Of a DNA stretch of 63,165 bases, positions 12,501 to 23,500 are shown piece after piece. The position numbers and the translations under genes were made by a program. The stretch spans positions 257,486,001 to 257,549,165 of the forward strand of contig NC_067403.1 of the NCBI RefSeq assembly GCF_016432865.1, written 5' to 3'. Origin of the DNA: Antechinus flavipes (taxonomy: Eukaryota). A model generated the notes under the pieces. The model saw only the letters and a list, made by a program, of their open reading frames with translations. It did no database searches and had not been told where the DNA came from. The stretch's first letter is position 1; every line of letters starts with the position of its first letter.

Positions 12501-15500
12501 GCAATCCTAGCTCTGGCAGCCAGGTTTATTAAGCGCCCACTGTATACCAGGCACCGTGCTAAGTGCAGGATATAAAGGGGCAGAAACGGCCGGCTCCCCT
12601 CCAGGACGAGCTGGAAGCAGCGCACGTGGTGCCGCCGGGCAGAAGGCATTCGTGCAAACTCTGGGGGGGGACACGATAAGCCTCGACTTTCCCACCCGTA
12701 AAGCCGAGGAGCTGACCCAGCTGGTCTCCGGCTCCCCCTCCCCACCCTCCTCTCCCCTCCTCTCCTCCCAGGAAACTCGCTGCTGTGTCTCTCTCCATCC
12801 TGGCTGAGCAAAGTGCCCGTGGCCGGAAAGCCGGGGGACGCGGCCCTTCTGGTCTCCAAGGCCGTGGCCTTCTACCCGGGGGGCCTCTCCTTCCTGGAGG
12901 AGTTCGCCCCCCCGAGGCGCGTCACCTACTTCCTGGGGGAGCTGGGGCCCAGGGCCGGCCGGGGCCGGGAGGCGGCGGAGCTGAGCCGGGACCTGGGCTG
13001 CCCCGCGGGGGGCTCGGCCGAGCTGGCCCGCCTCCTGGAGGACCGGCTGCTCGCCCGGCAGCTCCTGGCCCAGAGCGACAAGGTGGCGGTGCCCGCCACG
13101 CTGGCCCTGACCTACAAGCCCCCCCAGCAGCTGCGGGGCCAGGCGCGGGCCCAGAGCCTGTGGCGGGTGGAGCTCAGCGACAAAGAGGGGCAGCGGGGGC
13201 TGGTGGAAGAGGAAGTGGAGACCTTCCTGCGCCTGGGAGCCCTGGGAGAGGCCCGCCAGGTACCGGGGATGCTGGGATCGGGGATGAGAGAGAGAGCCTG
13301 GGGAGGAGAGGATGCAGGGAGGAGAGGTCGCGGGCAGGGGGACCTGGCGCACGCCCATCTAGCGGCAGCCCCGCAGCCGGGACCCCCGGGGGCCGGGCAC
13401 TCTGCCATGCCCCCGGGACGAGAAGGGCTCCCCGGTAACAGCGGGACACAAACCTGTGCACGAGGCGTCTGGGGGATAAATGAGTGGGGGGGAGCGTGGC
13501 GGGGGGAGACCGGCAACGGTTCTGCAGGAGGTGGGAGGTGCCAGGGGCAGCCCCTGTAAGATGGAGGGCGGGTCTCCAGGGCTCCTTTCCCAACCCCAAG
13601 TTTAGGAGCCTTTGACCTTCCCATGTGTCTGGGGTGGCGTTCAAGGAAGGGCCGGGCCCCCCAATCCCAGACTGAAGTGAGCCCAGGGAGCTTGAGGCTC
13701 AAAGAGGGAACTGCCGGGCTTTTAGTGCCCAGAAGCCAAGAAACCCATGGGATGGCTGCCAGTCGGTAGCCATCGCGATCGTAGGAGGAGGCAGGATGGC
13801 CCAGTGGAGAGAACACTGGATGAGAGTCAGGAACACCTGGGTCTCCCCTGGTTAATGCGAGACTCTGACAAACTCAGAGTAAGGTAAAGTGCAGGTAAAG
13901 TGCAGAGGAGCTCAAGATCTGGGTTCAAATCCTGATTCTGCTGTTTAAGTGCTCTGAGACTCAGTTTCCTCATCTGTAAAAATGAAAGCGTCGGGTTTCC
14001 TCCGGCCCTGGGTGCACCCGCTCGGTCGTTACCAGCGCCGCTGGGGTTCGCTTCAGTCTGGCCGTGAGGTCTTGGAGCCCTACTCTGCGCAGAGAGGAAG
14101 GGAGGCCGGAGGGCAGGGCAGGAGGTCCGGGCCCCTCCCTGACGCCCGCCTGTCCCGTTAGGTGGCAGTGAAGCCCGGGGGCTGGCGCTGGCGGGGGTCC
14201 CGGGCCATGAGCCTGCACCCGAGGTCCGAGCCGGAGGCCGTGGTGCGAGCCGTGCTGGCCCTGCTGGAGAAGCTGGAGGAGGAGGAGAGCGTCCTGGTGG
14301 AAGCCGTGTGTCCCCCGGCCCACGTCCTGCAGCCCGACGCCCCCGGGAAGCTCGCTTCCCAGCCAGGTGAGAGCCGAACCGGGCGCGGCGGGGCTCCTCT
14401 CCTCGGCCCGCGGCCTCACACCCGCCTCCGTACCGCTGCAGAGGCCCGGCCCCGGAATCCGAGGCCCCCGCTCTAGCCCTGGCGTCCTGCCTCGTCGAGG
14501 GGCACTCCCCCCATCCCCAGGACTGTAAATCCCTGTCATAGTCACAGAGCGCCGAGTTCAAATCCCAACTCAGGCACTTGCTACCAGGTTTGGCCATGGA
14601 GAGATCACGATGGCTCTAAGAGCCTCAGTTTCCTCATCTGCAAAAGGGGGGACACTTGCCTACAAGGTGGTGTAATGAGTGGATGGGGTGCTGGCCTTGG
14701 AGTCAGAGCTTGCCCCTGCCACGTCTAGAACATGGATAGTTCTGAGTCCCAAGGGACGAAGACCAAGCCGCCAGTGGGCTGCGATCTACCGTGGGGGAGG
14801 GAGAACCCACACCGGAATTCCTGTTTACCCAAACAAAAACAGTAAACCTCTCAGGTCTGAATAGGGAAGAAGAAAGTATATTGGACCTCCAGGGGCATTG
14901 TGGGCATCTGGCAGGTCTGTCTGGGGCAGCCACCAGGTTTGTCTGGGGCATCCGGCAGGTTTGTCTAGGGCAAGTCTGTCCAGGGCAGGTCTGTCCGGGG
15001 CAGGTCTGTCCGGGGCAGGTCTGTCTGGGGCGTCCGGCAGGTCTGTCCGGGGTGGGTCTGTCCAGGGCAGGTCTGTCCAGGGCGTCTGAAGGTCTGTCCG
15101 GAGCGGGTCTGTCCGGGGTGTCCGGCAGGTCTGTCCGGGGTGGGTCTGTCCGGGGCGGGTCTGTCCGGGGCGTTGACAGGTCTGTCCAGGGCATCCGACA
15201 GATCTGTCCAGGGTGGGTCTGTCCGGGGCGTCCGGCAGGTCTGTCTGGGGCGGGTCCGTCCAGGGCATCCGACAGGTCTGTCCGGGGCGGGTCTGTCCAG
15301 GGTGTCTGGCAGGTCTGTCCAGGACGGGTCTGTCTGGGGCAGCCACCAGGTCTGTCCCGGGCGCCCAGCAGGTCTGTCTGGGGCAGGTCCGTCCAGGGCG
15401 CCCAGCAGGTCTGTCCGGGGTGTCCGGCAGGTCTGTCCAGGCTTTGCAGCAGCCTCGTTATTGAGGATCCTTCTTGTTTCTGCCAGAGCTGGCCATCCGG

Positions 15501-18500
15501 GCCTGTGCTGTCGTGTGCAGAACGCAGGGCGATCGGCCTCTCATGAGTCAGGTAAGAAAGGGAACCCGTCGTGGGCTACAGAAGGACCCCATATCCTCCA
15601 GCCTCTCAGAGCCCCTGAGGAGCATCCTAGGGCTGCTTGCCCACTGCTGCCCAGAGGAGAACCCCTGGGTCTAAGCAGACTCACCCAGGGCAGCTGGAGG
15701 ATTAAGGGGGAGGACAAGAGGAAGCTTCAAGGCAGGGTTTGAACCCTCTGTCCAGAGGCCCTAGCTTTATCTCTGCTACTACTCCTTGTGACGAGAGGCT
15801 CTGCCTCGGTTTCCCTGTCTGGAAACAAAGAAATCGCCTTAGAAGGCTGCTGGGGTCCCTTTGGGCCCTAACTTTGTGAGTCTGGGTGTGGGCTGCAGGG
15901 GTCCCAACAGGCTCCTGATGGGAGGGGGGCCAAGGAGAATGGGCAGAGTCCCGCCGGGGGAGCTGGGCTGGAGGAGAGCCATCAGGCAGGGGCTGCAGGC
16001 TTGGGACAAAGGCCCGGGGGCCCATTTCCTCATTTTGTCAGTGGGAAACAACAGGGCAAGCGAGCTGCTGGGTCCGGGACAGAGGGAGGCCGGTGTGGCC
16101 ACAGAGCTCACTTAAGGAAAGCCCCCGGAGCCGGGCATCAGACACTCGGGCCTTGAACGCCTGGACATTGGGGAGCCTGTTTCTGAGAGCAGGAATGGAG
16201 ACGAGGTGCAGGGAGGGGCCCATAGGCCAGCCCCTGTTCCTCCCCCGCTCCCCCCCGGCTCCCGGTGGGCACTGGGAGAAGGCCCGGTCCGGGGCCCTCT
16301 GGGGCTGACGGCGCCCTGCCCGGCACCCAGGTGGTGTGCAGCGTGGGCCGGCCAGAGCAGCCCCTGCGGCACCAGGTGGCCCTGACGCAGAGCCTGGAGA
16401 CTGCCCTGGCGGCCTGCGGCCTCAGCGAGCCCGCCACGGTGGAAGCGCTGCGGGGCCGCGTGCGGGAGGCCGCCGAAGCCGCGTTCGGAGCCGTGCTGGA
16501 CTTCGAGGCGTCTCTGAGCCCTGAGCAGCGGGGCGGCCGCCAGGCGCAGACCGACGTGCTGGGTGAGTCCCGGGTCTTTAGCGCCCCCCGACGAGCTCGT
16601 GGAGTTTGGGGGAAACGGCAATGTCGGACCCACCTCCGTTCCCCTGACCCCGGGTCCTGGGCCACGTCCTTCAGGGAGAGCCTACGGGGCAGGTGGTTCC
16701 AGGGGGCCAGGATCTCCGCGCATGCGTTTTGGGGAGGGGCTAAGTGGGGTCTGTGGGCCCCCAAACGGGCACCTGGGACGCTCAGGCTGGGGCGGGGGAT
16801 GGGGCAGGCCTCTATGCCTCCAGGCATGAGCCCGGCAGGAGGCGCATTGAGGTCCCGCCAGCCTCAGGGGGCGGCAGGTCCTGGGCTCTGGGGGTTGCCC
16901 CAGGCCCAAGAATCTGCGCCCTTTGACCCCATATTGGACTCCCGACCACTTCGGGGTGACGTCTAGGCCCGACTCCCAAAAGATCTCAGGCCCTCAGGGC
17001 TTGGCTGAGGCGTCCCGGGGCTCGACGCCCATATCTGAGGGAGATCCAGGGCGGCCCCGCCCCGCTGACCCGGCTCCTTCTGCCCCCAAAGGTGTGGACC
17101 TGGCGCTGACGCCCGTGGGTCCGGGAGGCTCCCTGAGCCCCGTGCTCCTGGAGCTCAACAGCTGCCTGTGCCTGGAGGCCTGCGGGCTCCTCGAGGGCCA
17201 GTGGAGCCGGCGGGGCCTGCGTTCCCAGTGGGCGGCCGCGGGGCCGCTGGTGGAGACCATGCTGCGGCGCTCGGCGCGCCACCTCATGGAGGGCAAGCAC
17301 CTGCTGGTGGTGGGCGCCGGCGGCTACAGCAAGAAGTTCGTGTGGGAGGCGGCCCGGGACTACGGGCTCAAGGTGAGGGGGCGGGGCCCACGCAGGGGCC
17401 GAGCCAATGAGGGAAGGCCTGAGCGTGGGGGCGTGGTCAGAGCCTGGTCTCTACCGGTGCAGAAGGCTTGACCTGCAGGGCCACAGCGGGGGTCGCCGCA
17501 GGCGCGACAACAGAGGCGGGGGCGGGAGCCCTGGGCAGGGGGCGTGGCTGTCTCGACGTGGGCAGGACTTGAGAGAGGGAACCATCCCCCGGTGGTTCCG
17601 TTCAGTTTGCCAGACGGGCCGCCCGGGTTTGCCGGGCGCCAGGGGCTCCCCGTTCTCCCCCGGTCATTCCTCCGGGGGATGACCCATCCCAGAACTCCGA
17701 GCTGGCCCTCTCGCAGGAGGTGGGCACAGCGGGCGGCCAGAAGGGGGCCTCCCTGTGCCAACGAGTGACGCAGCTCCCGACCCCTGGGCTCAGCTCCCTG
17801 GGAAACAGGCTCCCTGGCGGGGGAGGGGGGGTACTGCCGTGGCACTGCGTGCCCAAGCACTGGGCAGAAGCGGCTTCCGCCCGCTGCTGGAAGAGGGACT
17901 TAGCTCGGCCTTCGAGGACTAGGCTAGAATCCCAGGGCTCCCGAGGGAGCAGCCTCAAAGGCATCCGGGGCCAACCGAGGCAGAACTCCCCGGGCTCCTC
18001 CAGTCCCGCTGGCACACCTCCAGGGCCGGGGAACTTCCTGCAGCAGCCCCCTCCACTGCGGCACCTCCCAGTAGCCCCCGGTTCCGTTCTCCCAGGACCA
18101 GCTGGGCAAGTCTATCCCACTGTGGCGATGACTGATATTTAAAATACCCCAAGCCGGCAGCCCTTCCTCCTGACCCACCCGGCCTTCTCTTCTTCATCCT
18201 TCATATGCCCAACTCTTCCAAACAATCCTTGTGGGTTATGGCTTCCAGAAGGAAGAGAGGAAGGAAACAAGCATTTATTAAGGACCTACTGTGTGCCAGG
18301 CACTGTGCTGAGTGTTTTATGAATAATATCTCATCTGATCCTCACCATAACCCAGGGAGATAGGTGCTATTACCCCCATTTTACAGATGAGAAAACCAAG
18401 GCAGAGTTTCAGTCACTGAAACTTGAGCTCAGGTCTTCCTGACCCCAGGGGCTCTATGAGCTGCAGCCGAGGCCCCTGCCCCGAGGGCCGTGGGCGGGAC

Positions 18501-19778
18501 AGAGGGCCGGGCTGCCGGACCGCTCTCACTCTCCATCCCGTCTCCTCACAGCTACACCTGGTGGAGTCGGATCCCAATCACTTCGCCTCTCAGCTGGTGC
18601 AAACCTTCATCCACTTTGACGTGACGGAGCACCGGCGGGACGAGGAGAACGCGCGGCACTTGGCGGAGCTGGTTCGGGCCCGGGGCCTGCAGCTGGACGG
18701 CTGCCTCTCTTACTGGGACGACTGCCTGGTGCTGACGGCCCTGCTGTGCAAGGAGCTGGGCCTGCGCGGCTGCCCTCCGGCCGCCATGAGCCTGGCCAAG
18801 CAGAAGAGCCAGACGCAATCTCACCTGCTGCGCTGCCGCAGCCCGCGCTGGCCCGCCCCCTCCCTCTACGCCGTGCCCTGCTGCCCGCTGGAGGGCCCGG
18901 ATGACGTGGAGCGCGCCGCGCGCGTGGTGCCCCTTCCCGGCGTCATGAAGCTGGAGTTCGGGGCGGGGGCCGTGGGCGTGCGCCTGGTGGAGGACGCCTC
19001 CCAGTGCCGGGCCCACTTCGCCAAGATCTCCCAGGACCTGCAGGGGGAGGCCGACCACCCGGGCATCGGGCTGGGCTGGGGCAACGCCATGCTGCTGATG
19101 GAGTTCGTGGCGGGCACGGAGCACGACGTGGACCTCGTGCTGTTCTCCGGGAGGCTGCTGGGGGCCTTCGTCTCGGACAACGGCCCCACGCGCCTCCCGG
19201 GCTTCACGGAGACGGCGGCCTGCATGCCCACGGGGCTGGCTCCGGAGCGGGAGGCCCAGCTGATCCAGGCGGCCTACCAGTGCTGCCTGGGCTGCGGCCT
19301 GCTGGACGGCGTCTTCAACGTGGAGATGAAGCTGACCGCGGCGGGGCCCCGGCTCATCGAGATCAACCCCCGCATGGGCGGCTTCTACCTGCGGGACTGG
19401 ATCCAGGAGCTGTACGGCGTGGACCTGCTGCTGGCGGCCGCCATGGTGGCCTGCGGCATCCCGCCCGCGCTGCCCGCGCGCCCCAGGCCGCGGGCCTGCC
19501 TGGTGGGCGTCATGTGCGTGGTGTCCCAGCACCTGCAGGCGCTGAGCTCCACGGCCAGCCGCGAGGCGCTCCAGGCGCTGCACGAGCGCGGGCTCATCCG
19601 CCTCAACCTGCTGGAGGAGGAGCTGGTCCCCGGGGAGTACGAGGAGCCCTACTGCAGCGTGGCCTGCGCCGGCAGCAGCCCCGCCGAGGCCCGCCAGCGC
19701 CTGCTGGGCCTGTGCCAGGGGCTGGGCATCGACTCCCCGAACTACCCCGTGGCCCATTTCTTGTCCCATTTCAAATAG
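9534..19778 (+). CDS. CARNS1: Carnosine synthase 1 (ATP-grasp ligase), 955 aa, 9 coding exons
   Basis: Coding segments: 9534-9536 (ATG|gtgagt), 11116-11392, 12025-12114, 12772-13259, 14162-14366, 15487-15551, 16331-16562, 17092-17372, 18552-19778. Total 2868 nt in one open frame, all introns GT-AG. Peptides include LLQSCLQQAGLPET, GCPGAEVT, CAVVCRTQGDRPL, SKKFVWEAARDYGL, GVMKLEFGAGAVGV, IEINPRMGGFYLRDW and the terminal VAHFLSHFK*. Confidence 0.96.
11625..11962. repeat. Minisatellite, unit about 43 bp, 8 copies, CARNS1 intron 3
   Basis: Unit resembles gggcayaatacagtgaaaggatgagtggcaggctggcatg. Copies start at about 11631, 11667, 11710, 11754, 11797, 11840, 11881 and 11923. Confidence 0.92.
13905..13985 (+). 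mobile_element. MIR/CORE-SINE fragment
   Basis: gggttcaaatcc...ctcagtttcctcatctgtaaaaatg core motif. Confidence 0.7.
14545..14700 (+). mobile_element. MIR/CORE-SINE fragment
   Basis: gagttcaaatccc...gcctcagtttcctcatctgcaaaaggggg core motif. Confidence 0.7.
14908..15441. repeat. Minisatellite with a 15-bp core (gcaggtctgtccggg) and mixed spacers, CARNS1 intron 6
   Basis: Directly visible array. It produces the spurious GLSGA/QVCPG/RSVRG repeat ORFs. Confidence 0.92.
18268..18455 (-). mobile_element. MIR-family SINE
   Basis: aagcatttattaaggacctactgtgtgccaggcactgtgct...cccattttacagatgagaaaaccaaggc...ctcaggtcttcctgac. Confidence 0.75.
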
Positions 19779-21242
19779 CAGTGGGGGCGGGGGGCGGGCA
19801 ACGCCATCCTTGGCTGGGAGGGAAGAGAAGGGGGTGGGGCCCCAGGGTGTCCGTCAGCCCCGGGCAGGAGGCGGGGCTCTGCTGAGAGGCGGTGTCGGCC
19901 GGGAAGGGGCGGGGCGTCTGCTGGGAAGGGGCGGGGCCTCCGCAGAATCCGTCCGGGAGCTTCCCGGAGAAGATAGCGAGGGGGTGGGAAGCCGGAGGGC
20001 CTGAGACGAGAACGGGGCGGGAGGGAGAGGATCCCCGCTCCCTCCCAGCTGTGGCCGGGAGCGCGTCGGTGCGTGGCTCCGTGGCCAAGCCCGAGCCCAT
20101 CTTTGCCTCCGAGACGAAAGTGGCGAGGGGATAGACAGATCCATCCCCCGCCCCTCCTAGTTCCCTGTCAGGGGATAAGATCGGGGGGTTGGGAGCCGGG
20201 CCTTGAATCCAGACCCTCTCTCGGCGGCCGCTGCGCCTGGCCACCCCCTCACCCACTGTCCCACCATCCCATCCCTCCTCCCGGGTCCTCCAGGCCCCAA
20301 GCCAGGGTCTTCCCGGGGCCTGAGGTGCACAACGCTTTCACTGGGAGGGAGGCAGCCATTAGCCCAGGAGCTGCCTTTACCTCTTTCCTTCCTGCAGCCT
20401 GAAATGAAGGCCCCCCTGCCCCTCCTTCCCATTCTCCAAAGCAGCAACCATCCAGTCTTCCCCGGCTACAATTCTCCTGGGCCTTGGGAGGGTGCTGCAG
20501 GGAATCATGGGTACTCTGGCAGAGACGCCTCTGGATCACAGAGAGGGTTCTGGGAGGAGAGGGGCAATGGCCCCTAAGCACCGAGTGGCTGTCAGCGATT
20601 AACACCCCCCCCCTCACTTAGGAACCCAGGGTTCCTTCCTTCTCCCCCTCCTGCTTTGGCCATCCTAGAAATCCACAGCATCTTGGTTTTTAAAGTCTTA
20701 TCTTCAAGCCCAGTGTTAATGACCTGGCTGCCCACTGGGACCATCTCAGTTCCGAGGAGAACCCCTTCCCTGCTAAAAACCCCCTTATGGCTGCAGAGAC
20801 CCTACGTGAACCTAATGGCTGCAGAGACCCTACTGAACCAACTGCTTCTCAGAGAGCCCAAAGTTCTAGGCTGGAAATAGGGCCCAGGCCAGTCCCTTCC
20901 TTTACTACGAGGCTCAGAGGGGAAGGGGCTAGCCCAGGGTCTTAGTTTAGGATTTAGCAGGAATCGACCTCCTACAGCATCTTATCCAACCCTCCTATTT
21001 TGCAGATGGGGAAACTGAGGACCAGAGGACAGGGCAAAGCTAACTAGGGACGTGGCTGGGTCTCCTAGCACAGGGCTTTAACCAGGCTGCCCTGTTCCCT
21101 TTCCCGGAGTATCCCCCCGGGCTCATCACGGTCCCAGTTCCTCTGGAGGGCCTTGCTCGCTGCCCTCCGCGCTAGTCCTAGGTTCGCAGAAAAGTTGGAG
21201 GCGGCCCTTTAAGCCACCGCCTCCGCTGGCTGGAAGTCTCCA

Positions 21243-21335
21243 TGACGTCACCCCTTCCTTGGCAACGCTCCCAGCAGAGAAGACGTCAAGGGAGCCCTAG
21301 CGGGCCGGGGCCCGGGAGGACCACTGCGCCTGCGC
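21243..21335. promoter_or_regulatory. Promoter-like motif cluster (CRE, RFX half-site, NRF1) with no assigned gene
   Basis: TGACGTCA at 21243-21250, CCTTGGCAAC at 21258-21267, a second ACGTCA near 21283, and CTGCGCCTGCGC at 21324-21335, in a locally CpG-rich patch. Confidence 0.5.
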
Positions 21336-21414
21336 CAACATCTCGGGTTGTTTATTTTATTATTATTTTTTTTTTAATTCTCTTGCTATTTCGCTCAGAG
21401 AAGAGTGCCTGGTA

Positions 21415-21420
21415 AATAAA
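21415..21420 (+). terminator. Candidate CARNS1 poly(A) signal
   Basis: First AATAAA I could find after the CARNS1 stop, implying a 3' UTR of about 1.65 kb. Confidence 0.45.
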
Positions 21421-21659
21421 GTCTCTGTGAAGGAGTCTCGTCCGGATTCTCACCGTCTCCAGAGCCCTCTGTCCGGCCCCAATCCACTTTCTTCTTCCGG
21501 GGCGGGGGGATGGGCAAGGGGAAGGCTGGACTGGGGCAGTGGCCGAGGGCCGCGTTCCCTGGCTTCTCGTGGGACGGGGCGGGGGACCCGAGGCTGGTGC
21601 TCTGAGGAGCTGGAGCCAGCGAAGACTGATTTTATACATTTTTGCAGGGAAGTGGCTCT

Positions 21660-21965
21660 ATCGTTTTTTATATTTTTAATAACAGCCTTTTATTTTTCAA
21701 AATACGTGCAAAGGTCGTTCTCGACATTCACCCTTGCAAAACCTTGCGGGCCATATTTTTCTCCCTCCCTCCCCTCCCCCCCCATCTGTCCCCTCTCCTG
21801 GACAGCAAGTAATCCGATTAGATTAAATATGTTCCCACAGTTATCGGGCTGCACGAGAAAGATGAGCTCAAGAGGGAAAAAAAGAGCAACAAAATAAGCA
21901 AACAACAACAAAGGTGAAAATACTCCGTTGTGTCCCCAGGCTCCGGTCTCTGCTCTCTCCATCAC
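21660..21965 (-). mobile_element. LINE-1 3' end fragment (marsupial type)
   Basis: T-rich tail followed by ccttttatttttcaaaatac...cattcacccttgcaaaacc...agcaagtaatcc, recognised as a marsupial L1 3' UTR from memory. Confidence 0.65.
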
Positions 21966-22594
21966 GAGACCGTCGGAATCGGTCTGAATCGGCTCATTGC
22001 CAACAAACACTTATTAAGCGCCTACTTTGCTCCCCGGTGCTAAGCTGTGGGGATGCAACGAAAGAAGAAAGTATCAGCTTTTAAGGGGTTTCCAGTATAA
22101 TTGGGGGAGACACCCAAAGGGAGGCAGGAAAGGTTGAGAGTGGGGGGGCTACGCCGGGCATGCGGGGGAGAGAGGGATGGGGAGGGCCCTCTTGTTTTTG
22201 CTCAAAGTAGGGAGAGCAGCAGATGCAGAGGGGAGTGAGTGGAGGAGTCCGGGCTCTCTCCCTGGATGGATACAGCTGGAAGATTGGTAGGCGACCCTCC
22301 AGCCCTCCGATCCGAGGGTAGAGAAGGCGAAGAGAGGCTGTAGGTCAGATCTTGCGTTAGCAGCGGGCTGAGAGATTAGGAGGCAGCTAGATGGCTCCAT
22401 GGATAGGGTGGCCAGACAATGTCACGAAGCCCTAGCGACTGAACCATAATGATCAGATTAGAGGCCGGGAACTTAATCTGGGAGGCACATCTTGTCACAG
22501 TCACACCCAGAATTTAATTTAAGCTCTCACCCTTGGCTTGGACTCGGGCCACCGCCTCCTAATTGGTCCTTCTGCCTCAGGTCTCTCCCTTCTT

Positions 22595-22745
22595 ACTCCA
22601 TTTGGGGTTTTCTTGGCAAAGATACTGGAGCGGTTGGACATTTCCTTCAGCGGCTCATTTTACAGAGGAGGAAACTGAGGCAAACAGAGTGAAGTGATTA
22701 GTCCAGGGTCTCACAGTAAGTGTCTGAGGCCAGATTTGAAATCTA
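22595..22745 (-). mobile_element. MAR1-type CORE-SINE with an RTE-derived tail
   Basis: ccatttggggttttcttggcaaagatactggag followed by cattttacagaggaggaaactgaggc...gtgtctgaggccagatttgaa. Confidence 0.75.
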
Positions 22746-23049
22746 CCCTGTCCATGAAGCCCCTTGCCTTTACAAGCAGGCAGCGCCCTGTGTGGGGCCC
22801 CCAGTCCTCCAGAGGGACTGTTTAAAACACAATTGGGAAATATTTCACAATGTCAATAAAATACAATGACACACCGATAACAGGACATTTGAAAGCTAAG
22901 TCAATATGCAGCAGGCAGGGATATTTAAGGGCAATTGTGTTTCTCCTCTCCTCCCCCTTTTGTATTTGCTTTCTAGAGAAGAAATTCCCGTAACAATTCC
23001 TTTGCAAGCTTATCAGCACCGAGTTTTTATTATTTAATGGGTACAAGGA

Positions 23050-23300
23050 CGCTGTTGTTTGTGCTCATTCTCTGCCGGGACATCGGGGAGGCCGGGACGT
23101 GCAAGTGAATTGGATTTAAGGGAGGGAGGGAGGGCTGGCAAGGCCACCACCTCACACTCCCCTCCTGAGCCATCTGGGTGCAGTGGCAAGATAGAGATCA
23201 GGACTAGAGAAGGCTCTCAAGGCAAGGGGGAACAGGGCCTTTTTAAGCTCCTTCTTTGGTCTCAGTTTGACACAAGACCCAATCTGTGACCGAGGCTAGA
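23050..23300. mobile_element. Marsupial RTE-related SINE (WALLSI-like)
   Basis: gcaagtgaattggatttaag...gagccatctgggtgcagtggcaagata...ggcctttttaagct...ggtctcagtttgac resembles a remembered consensus. Subfamily and orientation are uncertain. Confidence 0.55.
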
Positions 23301-23500
23301 TATGACTGTTACTTCAAAGTGAGATGAATCTTCCTTTCTGATTTTTAATGTAGCTGACCATTTAAACGCGACTATTGATCACTTGTGGCTTCCTTTTGCC
23401 AATTTGTTAAGATTCTTTGACCATTTATTCATTGTGGCCTGGGAGTTCCCACTGCTGACTGCTTAACAGGTCCTCTGGTGATTTTCTTCTTTTAAAATAA

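Noticed and set aside
14703-15742. GLSGA/QVCPG/PDRP repeat ORFs
   Set aside because: Translations of the CARNS1 intron 6 minisatellite.
18552-19885. Long antisense and alternative-frame ORFs over the last CARNS1 exon (405 aa, 293 aa)
   Set aside because: Shadow ORFs from very high GC3 coding sequence. Composition is low-complexity Ala/Gln/Gly and I recognise no homology.
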